From the IMG/VR virus record IMGVR_UViG_3300031951_000003, positions 248,001-312,000 of that record: 64,000 nucleotides of DNA; one strand, written 5' to 3'. A program made the position numbers and the translations under genes. The notes under the pieces were generated by a model. That model saw nothing but the letters and a program-made list of their open reading frames with translations. It was not told the DNA's origin and ran no database searches. Position 1 is the stretch's first letter. Each line of letters begins with the position of its first letter. This document shows positions 37,490 to 47,356 of the stretch, in pieces.

Positions 37490-39277
37490 TTACTGAGTCT
37501 TTCTGTCGTAACTAATAAGATTTTTCATCTTTTCCATTTCTTCAGAAATTATTTTTGATTTCTTGTCCTCAGTTGATTCTAATTGGTTGAATATTTTTGC
37601 AGATTTTTCAGTTGATGATTTTATTTTTTTGAGACTTCCAGTTGACTTGGTCTCACCTGCAACGTCTACAGGTTGAGGTTGTCTTTTATAAGATGCGTTT
37701 TGTTGTTCTGCACCGTATAGGTTGTCCTTATAATTTTTCATGAACTTTTCACCTACCTCACTCGGGACCACGTTACCTAACGCTTTACCATCTTTGTCCT
37801 TGACAGCATTACCTGTTTTTGAATTTCCTTTCAAATACATTTCGATTTTTTCATCTTCAGGTTTGATTTCATCATAAACAAGATTTGTCATACCAGGGTA
37901 TGCGAATGCATCAATATATTCATCGACTGCTTCAGACGGATGATACTTTTTTGTTTTTTCTTTCATACCTGAAAGGTCATAATTACTCTCTGGAAACGCC
38001 TCAGGGTTTTCACTAAATTCACCATTCGAACCTGATTTGAGATAATCCTTCATTTTTTTCACAACACTCTTAGCATAATCTTCATTTTCTTTTTTCGACG
38101 CGTTAAGAGCTTTCATTGTTTTTTTCAAACCTTCGGGTTCTTTCTTTGAGATGTTTGATTTTTCCTTTTTTTCTTTTTGCTCGATGACAATATTTTCAAT
38201 CAAATCTATAAGTTCATTTTCAGTGAAAACGATTTTATTTTCATTTTCCTTTATTCCTTTGAGGGTCAGAACTAAATTAACTTGTTTCAAAGTTTTTAAG
38301 TCCGAAGAAGACAATTTTTTATCCCCTTCAGCTTTCTTCATTAATTCTTTTTTCAATGATTTCAATTTTGATTGAGGAATTTTCTCATCATCTGGGACAT
38401 TCAATTTCTTGTGAAGTGCACCTTTTTTAATATCAGTTTTTTGAATCCATTTTTTTTCAGATTCTTTAGTTTCTTTTTTGTGATTACATTTACAATTCAT
38501 CATACCACACTTCGCACACTTCTTACCTTTAGATTCTTTAACATGATATTTTTTTCCATCTACTTCAAAAGAATCTCTTCCGTCTTTTTTAGCATCCGCT
38601 AAAGCCCCTGTAAAAGCATTTCCTTCTTCAGTCTCAGCTTCTTCTTCTAAACCTTTCATGATTCTAATTTTCATTGGACCATATTTGTCCTTATACATGT
38701 CGAAAAATTTCTTACCTTCTTCACCAGGTGCAAACCAATTAGTTTTTTCACCAAATTTTTGGAACATAGGTTCGAACTCATCGTATTCTTCTTCATCAAA
38801 ATCGAAATCAAAATCTCCTATATGAGCTCTATCTTTTTCATCAAACCAACCATGTTCATCGCTAAATGAACCAAATATTTTGTTTTTGAGGTTAGCTTTC
38901 ATTTTATTGTCTTCCAATCCTTTACCAACGTAAGTTGGTTCATTCTGAGACAATTCTTCTGCATCCTCTTCAGCCTCTTCATCACCTTCGTAATCACCAT
39001 GTGTTGATTTATCTTTATCATAAAAAAACCATTCATCCATTTCTTCGGTTTCTTTAGTCTCTTTCTTTTTACTTCTTAATTTTTTGAAGTCTGCAGCATC
39101 TAATTTACCCTTTGGCTCTGCAACATCTAATTTCTTTTGACCTCCTTTGAGTCCTTCCTCAACTTCAATTTCCTGCCATTCACCTTTTTCTTCGGTAATT
39201 TGTTTAACCTTGCTCTCGATTTCCTCATTGAGGATTTTAGAAATAAGATTGTCAATATGTTTTTGAAACTTGTCCAT
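37490..39277 (-). CDS. charged, multi-motif probable internal head protein
   Basis: K/E-rich; short modules (GGQKKLD...DFKKLR; EGNAFTGAL...DGKKY; KWIQ...GALHKKL...EKIP) separated by xxE sites; TATTTAT promoter. Confidence 0.6.
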   Translation of the reverse strand: MDKFQKHIDNLISKILNEEIESKVKQITEEKGEWQEIEVEEGLKGGQKKLDVAEPKGKLDAADFKKLRSKKKETKETEEMDEWFFYDKDKSTHGDYEGDEEAEEDAEELSQNEPTYVGKGLEDNKMKANLKNKIFGSFSDEHGWFDEKDRAHIGDFDFDFDEEEYDEFEPMFQKFGEKTNWFAPGEEGKKFFDMYKDKYGPMKIRIMKGLEEEAETEEGNAFTGALADAKKDGRDSFEVDGKKYHVKESKGKKCAKCGMMNCKCNHKKETKESEKKWIQKTDIKKGALHKKLNVPDDEKIPQSKLKSLKKELMKKAEGDKKLSSSDLKTLKQVNLVLTLKGIKENENKIVFTENELIDLIENIVIEQKEKKEKSNISKKEPEGLKKTMKALNASKKENEDYAKSVVKKMKDYLKSGSNGEFSENPEAFPESNYDLSGMKEKTKKYHPSEAVDEYIDAFAYPGMTNLVYDEIKPEDEKIEMYLKGNSKTGNAVKDKDGKALGNVVPSEVGEKFMKNYKDNLYGAEQQNASYKRQPQPVDVAGETKSTGSLKKIKSSTEKSAKIFNQLESTEDKKSKIISEEMEKMKNLISYDRKTQ

Positions 39278-39303
39278 TATGTGTGTTTTTAATATAAATA
39301 TCT

Positions 39304-40509
39304 TTATTTTGGTCTTTTATTAATTTTCTCAAACTCGTGCTCCAATATTGTGATAATAACATTTTCACTGATTTTGAATTTTTTGGAAATTGATTTTATT
39401 GCTTCTTTTACAGACTCATTTTTCGTAATTTTCAAAGCATTTATGTCACCCTGATTACAATATGGGAATTTCGTGCATTTCTTTTTTACTTTTACAAATG
39501 AACCACCAGGGACTTGGGTTTTCCTACTTGGCCCCCAATCTTTTTTCTTTGTGGATTTAGCCCACATTGCAGGTGTTTCATAACCACCAACTGAACCCGA
39601 ACCTGTCGCTTCTTTTGTTTCAGCCTTTTCAATACCATTGAGGCCCATTGCATTTACTGCAATACCCTCTTTAAGTTTTGGAGTTTCAGCAAAACTCTTT
39701 CTTAGAAAATCACTGTCTTTAAATGCAATAGGACCCGCAAATGCCCCTGATGAACCTGACCCTGTCGCCTCCTTATTTTCAATTTTTTTTCCCAACCCAC
39801 ACTTTTGAAAAAAGTCATCGTAATCAAACTTTACACCTTCTTTCTTAAATTTTTGAACCATGTTTTTAGCAACCTTCATCTTATTTCCTTTATCATTAAT
39901 TTGATTCAGAATTTCAATGATTCCGTCCACCATATCTTTATCATTACCTTTCAACTCCTTATCTACTTTTTCATTCGTTTTCTCTTTGCCAGGTCTACCC
40001 CACTTTCTTTTCTTGATGTAAGGGTCATCTTTCGTTACATTGGGTAAACCGAAGTTAAACTCCTTATATCCTTGTTTGTATTTCGCTCTCTTCTTAAAAT
40101 CGATATAGTCTTTATCGGCTTGTAAATCTGTCGCAAATTGTCTTTTTGCGGTAACTTTATCGTCCTCCTTAGTTTCTATTTTACTCAACTTAGAATAATA
40201 TTTTGGGTCTTCATATAAGTGGTCCATAGCGATTTCTTTGGCCATGTTCTTATCCTTGGTGTGTTCAGTCTCAATTTTGACTCCTTTAAGAAATTCATGT
40301 GTAAGTTTTTTGACATCAACCTTGTGTTTGTGAGCAATGTCACCCAAACTCATTTTATCTGCCTTACCACCCTCTAGTTTCTCTTCTTTAAATGATTGTT
40401 TCAATCTAGTTGCATCTTTCATAGTTGAGGAATTCAACTTTACATTTGGTTGTGTTGTGAAAGCCTTGTCTATGGCTTTTTTGAATTGTTCTGCAGCATT
40501 AAATCCCAT
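39304..40509 (-). CDS. DUF5661-like domain protein, probable internal head protein
   Basis: KGVKIETEHT...AKEIAMDHL.EDPKYYSKL; repeated KEATGSG. Confidence 0.65.
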   Translation of the reverse strand: MGFNAAEQFKKAIDKAFTTQPNVKLNSSTMKDATRLKQSFKEEKLEGGKADKMSLGDIAHKHKVDVKKLTHEFLKGVKIETEHTKDKNMAKEIAMDHLYEDPKYYSKLSKIETKEDDKVTAKRQFATDLQADKDYIDFKKRAKYKQGYKEFNFGLPNVTKDDPYIKKRKWGRPGKEKTNEKVDKELKGNDKDMVDGIIEILNQINDKGNKMKVAKNMVQKFKKEGVKFDYDDFFQKCGLGKKIENKEATGSGSSGAFAGPIAFKDSDFLRKSFAETPKLKEGIAVNAMGLNGIEKAETKEATGSGSVGGYETPAMWAKSTKKKDWGPSRKTQVPGGSFVKVKKKCTKFPYCNQGDINALKITKNESVKEAIKSISKKFKISENVIITILEHEFEKINKRPK

Positions 40510-40510
40510 G

Positions 40511-40756
40511 TTAAGCGTTTTTCAATCTAGGTTCCCAATAACCTCTGTTGGTCCACATGAACTGGTAAAATTCACGGAACATCCTAAGAGTTATATCTTT
40601 TATATCACCTTCGAGTTTTCCTTTTTTGATTTCTTTTCTTATTGTATCAAGAAGTTTATCCTCGAATTGTTTGACAGTATTATTCTGCATAAAGTTTCTA
40701 ACCTCCTTGCGGACTAATGTTTCAATTTCTTTTATTTCTGAATTTGTAAATGCCAT
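40511..40756 (-). CDS. hypothetical protein
   Basis: Operonic ORF. Confidence 0.7.
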   Translation of the reverse strand: MAFTNSEIKEIETLVRKEVRNFMQNNTVKQFEDKLLDTIRKEIKKGKLEGDIKDITLRMFREFYQFMWTNRGYWEPRLKNA

Positions 40757-41166
40757 TATTTGGTTATTAAAAAGAACGTTAATACAGCAATCAGACCTGT
40801 GCCAAGGATAGAATTGAATTTACTTTTTACTTTCTCTTTCTTCAAATCAAATTCTAATTTTTTTGAATATCTTTCCATGATATCAAACTTTTGTTTCTCA
40901 GAATCAATTATTGTGAGATAATTCGTTTCTTTTGCTCTAAGAATTGTAATAACGCTGTCCTTGAGTCCTACTTTTTTCTCGGTTTCAATAAGTTGGAATT
41001 CAGTGAGTTTCAATTGTGCCTTTGCAGAATCTCCACTTATTAAGTCTTTCATTATTTGCTTAACCACAGGTAAGGGAAAACACTTTTCAGTCTTACTTGT
41101 ATCTATCTGTGAAAAAGCTATCGACTTCACGAGAAGTAAGCTTATCAATATTGCTAATTTTTTCAT
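40756..41166 (-). CDS. secreted coiled-coil protein with C-terminal TM (spanin-like candidate)
   Basis: Signal peptide ending AFS|Q; coiled coil; C-terminal hydrophobic helix; overlaps the upstream gene by 74 nt. Confidence 0.5.
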   Translation of the reverse strand: MKKLAILISLLLVKSIAFSQIDTSKTEKCFPLPVVKQIMKDLISGDSAKAQLKLTEFQLIETEKKVGLKDSVITILRAKETNYLTIIDSEKQKFDIMERYSKKLEFDLKKEKVKSKFNSILGTGLIAVLTFFLITK

Positions 41167-41455
41167 GATAAATTTCTTTGACAATTGTTTTTTGATTTTT
41201 TATTTTGCCGATAGTTTGGTCTACTTTTTCAATTTCATTGTTGAAATCAGAAATCTTGTTTTCCAATTTCAAATTATCTTCGTGAAGTTGCTTAATAACA
41301 ACATTGAGTGAATCAAGTTGTTGTTTTTGGTCGGCAGCCATTTGGACCCTTGGTGTCAGGAAAAATATTAAATAATAAAGGATGAACAATCCGAAAATAA
41401 CTTTAAGGATTGTTATGTAATGTTTCTTTAAGAAATTTAGAATTTTACTAATCAT
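41093..41455 (-). CDS. N-terminal TM plus coiled coil (i-spanin-like candidate)
   Basis: TM helix followed by heptad repeats. Confidence 0.5.
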   Translation of the reverse strand: MISKILNFLKKHYITILKVIFGLFILYYLIFFLTPRVQMAADQKQQLDSLNVVIKQLHEDNLKLENKISDFNNEIEKVDQTIGKIKNQKTIVKEIYHEKISNIDKLTSREVDSFFTDRYK

Positions 41456-41456
41456 A

Positions 41457-42038
41457 TTAAATTGGTGATTCTTTTGTTTTCTTTCTACTCGCCAAAACTT
41501 TACCCCATTTGGATTTGAATTTTTGGTAGAATTGTTGAAGTTTATTAATTAAATCCAGAAATTCTTGGTCAACCTTAACCATTTGTCCATTGATATAAAT
41601 TCCACTATCTTCCCCAATTGTGAAGATAAATTCCAAGTCTTCATCAATTAATTTCCCAGACCATTCAACATTATTTTGATAAACATTCAAGACATTGAAA
41701 TCTACAAGGTCAGAAACCTCTTCTACGAATTCATCCATGGTTTCTTGGAATGCAACTTTATCGTCTGTTGTAATATCCAATTCACTTCTGTCCTTACCAT
41801 GAAGGGCTAAGATTCCACCTGAAATTCTATATTTCTGAGTTTTGTCTTCAGGTGTTGGTTTTTCACCTTTCTCTTCATCAGAAACCGCAGTATCATATTG
41901 ATTGTCTCTTTCAATCCTTTTTTCAAGGTCTTTGGCGACATTGATTTGTGTCTCTTGTTCGAATATCAGTCTCGATTTTTTCAAAAGAGATTTGATTTCA
42001 TCGTATCTTTCTTCGTTAAGCATATTGTTCATTTTCAA
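41457..42038 (-). CDS. hypothetical protein
   Basis: 193-aa ORF. Confidence 0.75.
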   Translation of the reverse strand: MKMNNMLNEERYDEIKSLLKKSRLIFEQETQINVAKDLEKRIERDNQYDTAVSDEEKGEKPTPEDKTQKYRISGGILALHGKDRSELDITTDDKVAFQETMDEFVEEVSDLVDFNVLNVYQNNVEWSGKLIDEDLEFIFTIGEDSGIYINGQMVKVDQEFLDLINKLQQFYQKFKSKWGKVLASRKKTKESPI

Positions 42039-42621
42039 AATATTTTTGTAAGGTCTCGAATTGAAATGAAGGATTTAGGTCCGTATACATTGTGTCGATA
42101 TTACTCCTTGAAATTATTCCCTCCCAATCAGTAATCCCATCGATTTTTGTGTTATGACCTATTGACCTCAGTTTTATGTTAAGCGACTCTCCTAGCATTT
42201 TACACAGTTCAGCTGTTGATTCCATTTGAATGTCAGTGTAAGGTTGCCAAAAAAAGTAGTCTCTCCATTTTTTTTCATAAACCTTGTCATTATAAATACT
42301 TCCAATCCAGTTAATATAATGATTGGTTAATGGTTTCTTTTCCAACCATCCAAGGTTCTCAAGACATATTATGACTGAGTTCTTATTGATTTGTTCCTTA
42401 GGAAATATGTTCGAATGACCTAACTCTGGTAGAAGTTGTAAAACCTCACCCTTTCTTGTTACAACGTAGTTTGGGATTTTATCATATTGTCCATTATATC
42501 TAAATTTAAGGGAGACCAGGAATTCCCCGACCTCCCTTGAAGTATGACATAATATTATTTGATTTTTTTTCTTTTGTTTCCCAATCGGTTTGAAGTTTCC
42601 GTATTTTTGGATTTTAAGCAT
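42016..42621 (-). CDS. N-acetylmuramoyl-L-alanine amidase-like protein (Amidase_2 fold, possibly degenerate)
   Basis: IILCHT...NYVVTRKGEVLQL...NKNSVIICLEN...YTDIQ...DLNP. Confidence 0.7.
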   Translation of the reverse strand: MLKIQKYGNFKPIGKQKKKNQIILCHTSREVGEFLVSLKFRYNGQYDKIPNYVVTRKGEVLQLLPELGHSNIFPKEQINKNSVIICLENLGWLEKKPLTNHYINWIGSIYNDKVYEKKWRDYFFWQPYTDIQMESTAELCKMLGESLNIKLRSIGHNTKIDGITDWEGIISRSNIDTMYTDLNPSFQFETLQKYFENEQYA

Positions 42622-43333
42622 CTCTTCTCAAATAACTCAATACCTTTTTATTATTAGTTTCTTTAACTGAGGGTGTTTCATCATAAACAATTGGTTCTTG
42701 TAGGTTTCCAAACTTTTGTTCATTTAGTTTCCTCAGTTCTTCTTCAAGTTTTTTTAATTCATCTTCAGTTGGAGTGAATTTTTCTTTTTCGATTTCGGCC
42801 TCTTTCAGTCCAGCTTGTTTACTCAATTCTTCTATATCCAAGTCGAAATTATTGACCGGTAGTTTTCTTTTTTCTTCCTCTTCGAATTTCACAAGCATGT
42901 GTAGGAACGATAAGGATATCAATGGTAACATACCACCTGCGAACAAAGCCAAGAATCTTTTGTGTCCAACGAGGTCACCAGATTCTACACCTAAAAATGA
43001 AACGATGGGGTCAACCATATCAACCCAATCTTTGAAAGATTCGCTGTTTATATCAATATATTGATATGCAAAAAATATGTTTCCAATGAATTGTATCAAC
43101 GTAACAATGATGAATGGGAAATATACTTTTTTACCCATTTGAGCCGCAATTGCGGCTAACGCTGATAAAGCAGCGATTTCAATCCCTATTGAAAGATATA
43201 TCGACCAACTCAATGGATTAGAAATACCATACCAAGTTGTTACGTGAGAAATGGAAACAATAGCAACCGTAATAATCGGAACCAAGAAGGCAACGTATAT
43301 TAGGGTTTTAAAGTTTTTTTGTATCCAGTTCAT
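42614..43333 (-). CDS. four-TM membrane protein with charged C-terminus
   Basis: Four hydrophobic segments. Confidence 0.7.
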   Translation of the reverse strand: MNWIQKNFKTLIYVAFLVPIITVAIVSISHVTTWYGISNPLSWSIYLSIGIEIAALSALAAIAAQMGKKVYFPFIIVTLIQFIGNIFFAYQYIDINSESFKDWVDMVDPIVSFLGVESGDLVGHKRFLALFAGGMLPLISLSFLHMLVKFEEEEKRKLPVNNFDLDIEELSKQAGLKEAEIEKEKFTPTEDELKKLEEELRKLNEQKFGNLQEPIVYDETPSVKETNNKKVLSYLRRDA

Positions 43334-43614
43334 TATTTTTTATTTAATTTTTTTATTTCTTCTTCGATTTCAGTTTGTCTTCTTACATCAAGAAGTTTTC
43401 TATCTGTCGCTTGAATCATTCTTTTTTCAGCCTCAAGACCTGAAATCTTAAGTTCCTTATTCAACTCGGTTTTAGTATAAGTTGAATCTTTTATTGCTCT
43501 TATTTCTGATTTAATCCTACTTAAATCTCTTGAATCTCCACATCCCTTAAAAAAGGTTAATACCGCAATTACCAATACGATAACTGTGAAATTGTTTTGA
43601 ATAAATTTTTTCAT
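43333..43614 (-). CDS. membrane-anchored/lipoprotein-like coiled-coil protein
   Basis: Hydrophobic N-terminus ending FFKGC. Confidence 0.6.
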   Translation of the reverse strand: MKKFIQNNFTVIVLVIAVLTFFKGCGDSRDLSRIKSEIRAIKDSTYTKTELNKELKISGLEAEKRMIQATDRKLLDVRRQTEIEEEIKKLNKK

Positions 43615-43705
43615 AATTTTATAATTTTAATACAACTTAGATTTATAATTTTAATATCATAAAAATATAAAAGGTGTATCTAATAAATACACCCTTTACC
43701 TTTAA

Positions 43706-44503
43706 TTACATGTAGTCGAACAAACTACCCGTTTCATTCCTAAGTTTTCTGAGGGCTTTTTCTTTGATTTGTCTAACCCTTTCCTTAGTTAAATCAAAGT
43801 CATTACCAATATCTTCTAATGTTCTTGTTGAGCCAGATAACCCGAAATAATCTTGGATGATTACCTTTTCTCTTTCATCGAGAACATCGAGAAGTGAAAG
43901 TAATTTATCTTTAAGTGTTTGCTCTGAAGAAAGTCCTGAGTCCGCACTTTCAGCATTTGGATTTGGAACAACATCCAAAAGCGTATCTCCCTCTTCGTTA
44001 AGTGGGCTATCCAAGTTCACAATAGATGGTAGGTTGAGAAACTTCTCAGGAAGTTCAGTCCCCACCTTGTCAAGTTCTTTTTTCGCCTTATGTAGTTCTT
44101 GAACCACATTTACTGGTAGTCGAATTGTTCTAGCATTTTCATTCAAGGATTGAAGTATGGATTGTCTAATCCACCACACAGCGTATGATATGAATCTAAG
44201 ATTTTTTGACCAATCAAAATTCTCAATCGCTTTCATAAGACCATAATTACCTTCAGCGATAAGGTCAGGTAAATCTAACCCTTGGTTTTGATATTGTTTG
44301 GAAACAGTAATCACAAACCTTAAGTTACCCTCGAGAATTTCTTTTTTTATTTCTTCCTTCTCTTGGATTGAGATTCTACCTGATAACATTTTTCTAGAAA
44401 GTTCTCTTTCTCTCTCTACCGTCATTACCTTAAGTTTTCTTACTTCTTTAAGGTAGGCGTTAATTTCTTCCTGATTAATTGGGATTACACTTTTTTCCTT
44501 CAT
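43706..44503 (-). CDS. sigma-70 family RNA polymerase sigma factor, Bacteroidota RpoD-like (no region 1.1)
   Basis: NLRFV...QGLDLPDLIAEGN.GL.KA; RFISYAVWWIRQSI; TLEDIG..FDLTKERVRQIKEKAL. Confidence 0.93.
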   Translation of the reverse strand: MKEKSVIPINQEEINAYLKEVRKLKVMTVERERELSRKMLSGRISIQEKEEIKKEILEGNLRFVITVSKQYQNQGLDLPDLIAEGNYGLMKAIENFDWSKNLRFISYAVWWIRQSILQSLNENARTIRLPVNVVQELHKAKKELDKVGTELPEKFLNLPSIVNLDSPLNEEGDTLLDVVPNPNAESADSGLSSEQTLKDKLLSLLDVLDEREKVIIQDYFGLSGSTRTLEDIGNDFDLTKERVRQIKEKALRKLRNETGSLFDYM

Positions 44504-44506
44504 AGA

Positions 44507-45025
44507 TTAATTTTTACTATAACTCTTTAATATATCTTTTTCGAACTCTGTAAGATTTTCAAACCCTTTGTCAATCATCTTGTCCAAAATTTGGTCTAAG
44601 GATGGTTTAGGAAACAGGTTATTCTTTTCACCCAAAAGTAATGCCACAAAATCGTCATCTTCCTCTTCGTCCATGAAATCTAAATTCCTTTTAATTCTAT
44701 TAAGGTCGATATTCATCTCAACGTCATCACTTGAATTTTCTAAGTCTAAAAGATGACTTTCTATTTCTTTCGGCATAGACAATGTCATATTGTCATGTAA
44801 TTCTGTCAGAATAAATGCTTCGGTTATACCATAGAGAATTCCACGGATGTATTCAAATATTTCACTTTTTTCAACCTCAGAGGCAAAATGGAATATCAAA
44901 ATACCGTTTGTGTGTTGGAATTTCATGTGAGGTGAGTCAACAATAGGGGTTAATGATAGTGCTAACTCTTGACACATCTTCTCGTTTTCGAATTTACCAA
45001 TTACTGATAAAATGTATTTTTTCAT
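44507..45025 (-). CDS. hypothetical protein with DUF6576-like C-terminus
   Basis: LDQILDKMIDKGFENLTEFEKDIL. Confidence 0.6.
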   Translation of the reverse strand: MKKYILSVIGKFENEKMCQELALSLTPIVDSPHMKFQHTNGILIFHFASEVEKSEIFEYIRGILYGITEAFILTELHDNMTLSMPKEIESHLLDLENSSDDVEMNIDLNRIKRNLDFMDEEEDDDFVALLLGEKNNLFPKPSLDQILDKMIDKGFENLTEFEKDILKSYSKN

Positions 45026-45039
45026 AAAGCAAATATAGG

Positions 45040-45579
45040 TTAAACTCTCTTGGATAATCCAACTATTTGATAAAAATCTTTTTTTCCTTCACAATACTCT
45101 TTTACCAAAGTAAGTAGCCCGCGAAACATAAAAGCATCATCTGATTGTTTTTCACACTTTGAAAAAAGTTCAACAAATGCTGTAATTGTTTCAACTGTAT
45201 AATACCCATGACCCCTAAGTTGAGAGTGTTTATTACCCATAACTTGTGGGTGTTTCAAATCGTATGTATTTCTTTCTTGAATAGATGAGAACTTTTCGGA
45301 CTCATCGTAGATTTTTATGAGGTCATTAACAAAACTATATAGATAGTTCATTTTGAAAACTGAACTATGAGACCCTTTAACCAATAAGTCAACTATCCAA
45401 TGTGTGTGAGATGGGGTTCTCAACCTTTTTCCCTCTTCTTTATACTTAACCACAAAATCAAGCTCGGGGTTTTGACCTCGTTCGCCTTGATAAATAGCAA
45501 CTTCTGTAACTAAGTCAGTTTTCCAAACTTTGATTGGGTGATGTTCAACCCCTATTTTCTTGAATGTTAAATGTTTCAT
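45040..45579 (-). CDS. hypothetical protein
   Basis: 179-aa ORF coupled to the glycosylase gene. Confidence 0.75.
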   Translation of the reverse strand: MKHLTFKKIGVEHHPIKVWKTDLVTEVAIYQGERGQNPELDFVVKYKEEGKRLRTPSHTHWIVDLLVKGSHSSVFKMNYLYSFVNDLIKIYDESEKFSSIQERNTYDLKHPQVMGNKHSQLRGHGYYTVETITAFVELFSKCEKQSDDAFMFRGLLTLVKEYCEGKKDFYQIVGLSKRV

Positions 45580-46052
45580 AGATATACTCTTCCTTTTTTT
45601 CCTGAATGTTGTTCATACCATTTACCTTCATTATCCAACCATACGTAAGGGTCTGAAGGGTCTTCGGACCACCCATATTTTTGATAAAATTCAGGTTCTT
45701 TTTTCAAAAGATTGGCACGGTGAGATGAATGAAATCTTTCGTTTCCAATGAATGGTGGTATAATAACATCATTCTCAATGTATTGTTCAAAACTCATCGT
45801 ATTCTTGAATCCTCGACAAATCCATTCTGCAATTGAATAATTCATATACAATTTCAACGCAGGGACATAGTCTCTCCACATAACCGTGCAAGGATGGTTT
45901 AACCAACCTTTGTATGGTGTTCCATCTAACTTAGGCCTACGGGTGATTGCTGATATTATTTGATAAGTTTCAACTCTTTGTTTACCGAGACGTTTGTTGT
46001 CGAGGGATTTAAGAGATTTTCTCATATCGGAATATGGTAAGAAAATTTGCAT
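45576..46052 (-). CDS. pyrimidine-dimer DNA glycosylase / MSMEG_6728-like protein
   Basis: MQIFLPY...LDNKRLGKQRVE...NHP...MW...HSSHRANLL; start revised to 46052. Confidence 0.85.
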   Translation of the reverse strand: MQIFLPYSDMRKSLKSLDNKRLGKQRVETYQIISAITRRPKLDGTPYKGWLNHPCTVMWRDYVPALKLYMNYSIAEWICRGFKNTMSFEQYIENDVIIPPFIGNERFHSSHRANLLKKEPEFYQKYGWSEDPSDPYVWLDNEGKWYEQHSGKKGRVYL

Positions 46053-46080
46053 GCTGCAATGATACTGAATATTTTTACAA

Positions 46081-46851
46081 TTACAAAATTTGGTCCAACT
46101 TAATAATAAGTTCATTTTTGGGTATACTTCTTGGACCTGTAGTATCACCTGAACTAAATTGAATTTGTGATATTAAACGTTGAGCTGTTTGAGGGTCTTC
46201 GACTCTAAGAAAATAATGTGAAGTAATTGATACATCTGTATCAGTGAAAACATCTCCAGCATTGATACCAACTCTTCTGATTGCTAAATTCGCATGTTGT
46301 TTTGTGGTGAAAGTAAATTTTGTGGGAGAAAGTTTTATTTCTTTCTCTCTAAGAACTTCGGTTTTTTTCAAGATAACCCAAACACATGGGACCATGAAAT
46401 CTTTTCCTTCGAACGTAAAAATATCCTCAGTTAAATCCTGAATTAATGAAACCTCAAAGTTGAGAGGAATCTTGTCAATCATTGACCTTTTTTTGAAACC
46501 TTTGGGTAATATGAATGCGATTGTGTCTGCGTGAAGACAACACTTTTTTATAAATTTTAATGCAAGACTTGAATTTCTCCCAAATGGAGGATTACCAAAG
46601 AAAAGCACTTTACGATTCCCCAAGAAACTTAAATCCTTAGTCAAAAAATTACATTGTTCTATATCATCAGACTTAGGTTCAATGTCGTAGGCTATTTTGT
46701 CTTGGTGTTCCGCCAAATGAAAAAAAACACCCTCTCCTGCCGATGGCTCTATGATTGTATCATAATCAGTTAGATTCAGAGTCTCTAAACACCTTCGAGC
46801 GACCTCAGATTTTGTATAAAATTGGTCTAAACCATACTTACTTTTTGACAT
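46081..46851 (-). CDS. DNA adenine methyltransferase (gamma class)
   Basis: DQFYT, IIEPSAGEG, GNPPFG, FILP. Confidence 0.88.
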   Translation of the reverse strand: MSKSKYGLDQFYTKSEVARRCLETLNLTDYDTIIEPSAGEGVFFHLAEHQDKIAYDIEPKSDDIEQCNFLTKDLSFLGNRKVLFFGNPPFGRNSSLALKFIKKCCLHADTIAFILPKGFKKRSMIDKIPLNFEVSLIQDLTEDIFTFEGKDFMVPCVWVILKKTEVLREKEIKLSPTKFTFTTKQHANLAIRRVGINAGDVFTDTDVSITSHYFLRVEDPQTAQRLISQIQFSSGDTTGPRSIPKNELIIKLDQIL

Positions 46852-47356
46852 AATCTAAAAAAGTTTCCAAGTTTTTGTAAGAAACCGCAGATTGTATTCT
46901 ACGTTGGGTTTTATGGTCTCTTTTGAATCTAGGTTGAACGATTCTTTCTTCACCCCACTTTTCTTTCCACTCTTTTACTTCAGACTTCCAAGTGGTATCG
47001 TAGTCATAACTATTGGAAACAACATTTTTAATCCAATGTTTAAGTTCTTCGAAGTGTTCCCAAGTGAATAACTCTTTCCATTTTTCAACGTCTACTAATA
47101 TAACTTTTTCTTCAACAATGTTTGATTTTTTACCTTTCCAAACACCATACATTAAATAGAAGTCTTTATCTCTCGATACATTATTGAATATATCGGCCAA
47201 GGGAATTTCCGAATTTTGTTTGAAGGTTTTAACTACACATGGGGTTCCATCTTGACGATAGGCATCCCAAATACCCGTGTAGTTATCATCTGAAGATAGG
47301 TTATATCTTTCACAGAGTTGTCTTTGGTAATCAAAACCGTGACCTTGTCTTTCCAT
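46838..47356 (-). CDS. putative type II restriction endonuclease
   Basis: Overlaps the methyltransferase; RQGHGF N-terminus and a D...V.K pattern compatible with PD-(D/E)xK. Confidence 0.5.
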   Translation of the reverse strand: MERQGHGFDYQRQLCERYNLSSDDNYTGIWDAYRQDGTPCVVKTFKQNSEIPLADIFNNVSRDKDFYLMYGVWKGKKSNIVEEKVILVDVEKWKELFTWEHFEELKHWIKNVVSNSYDYDTTWKSEVKEWKEKWGEERIVQPRFKRDHKTQRRIQSAVSYKNLETFLDYVKK

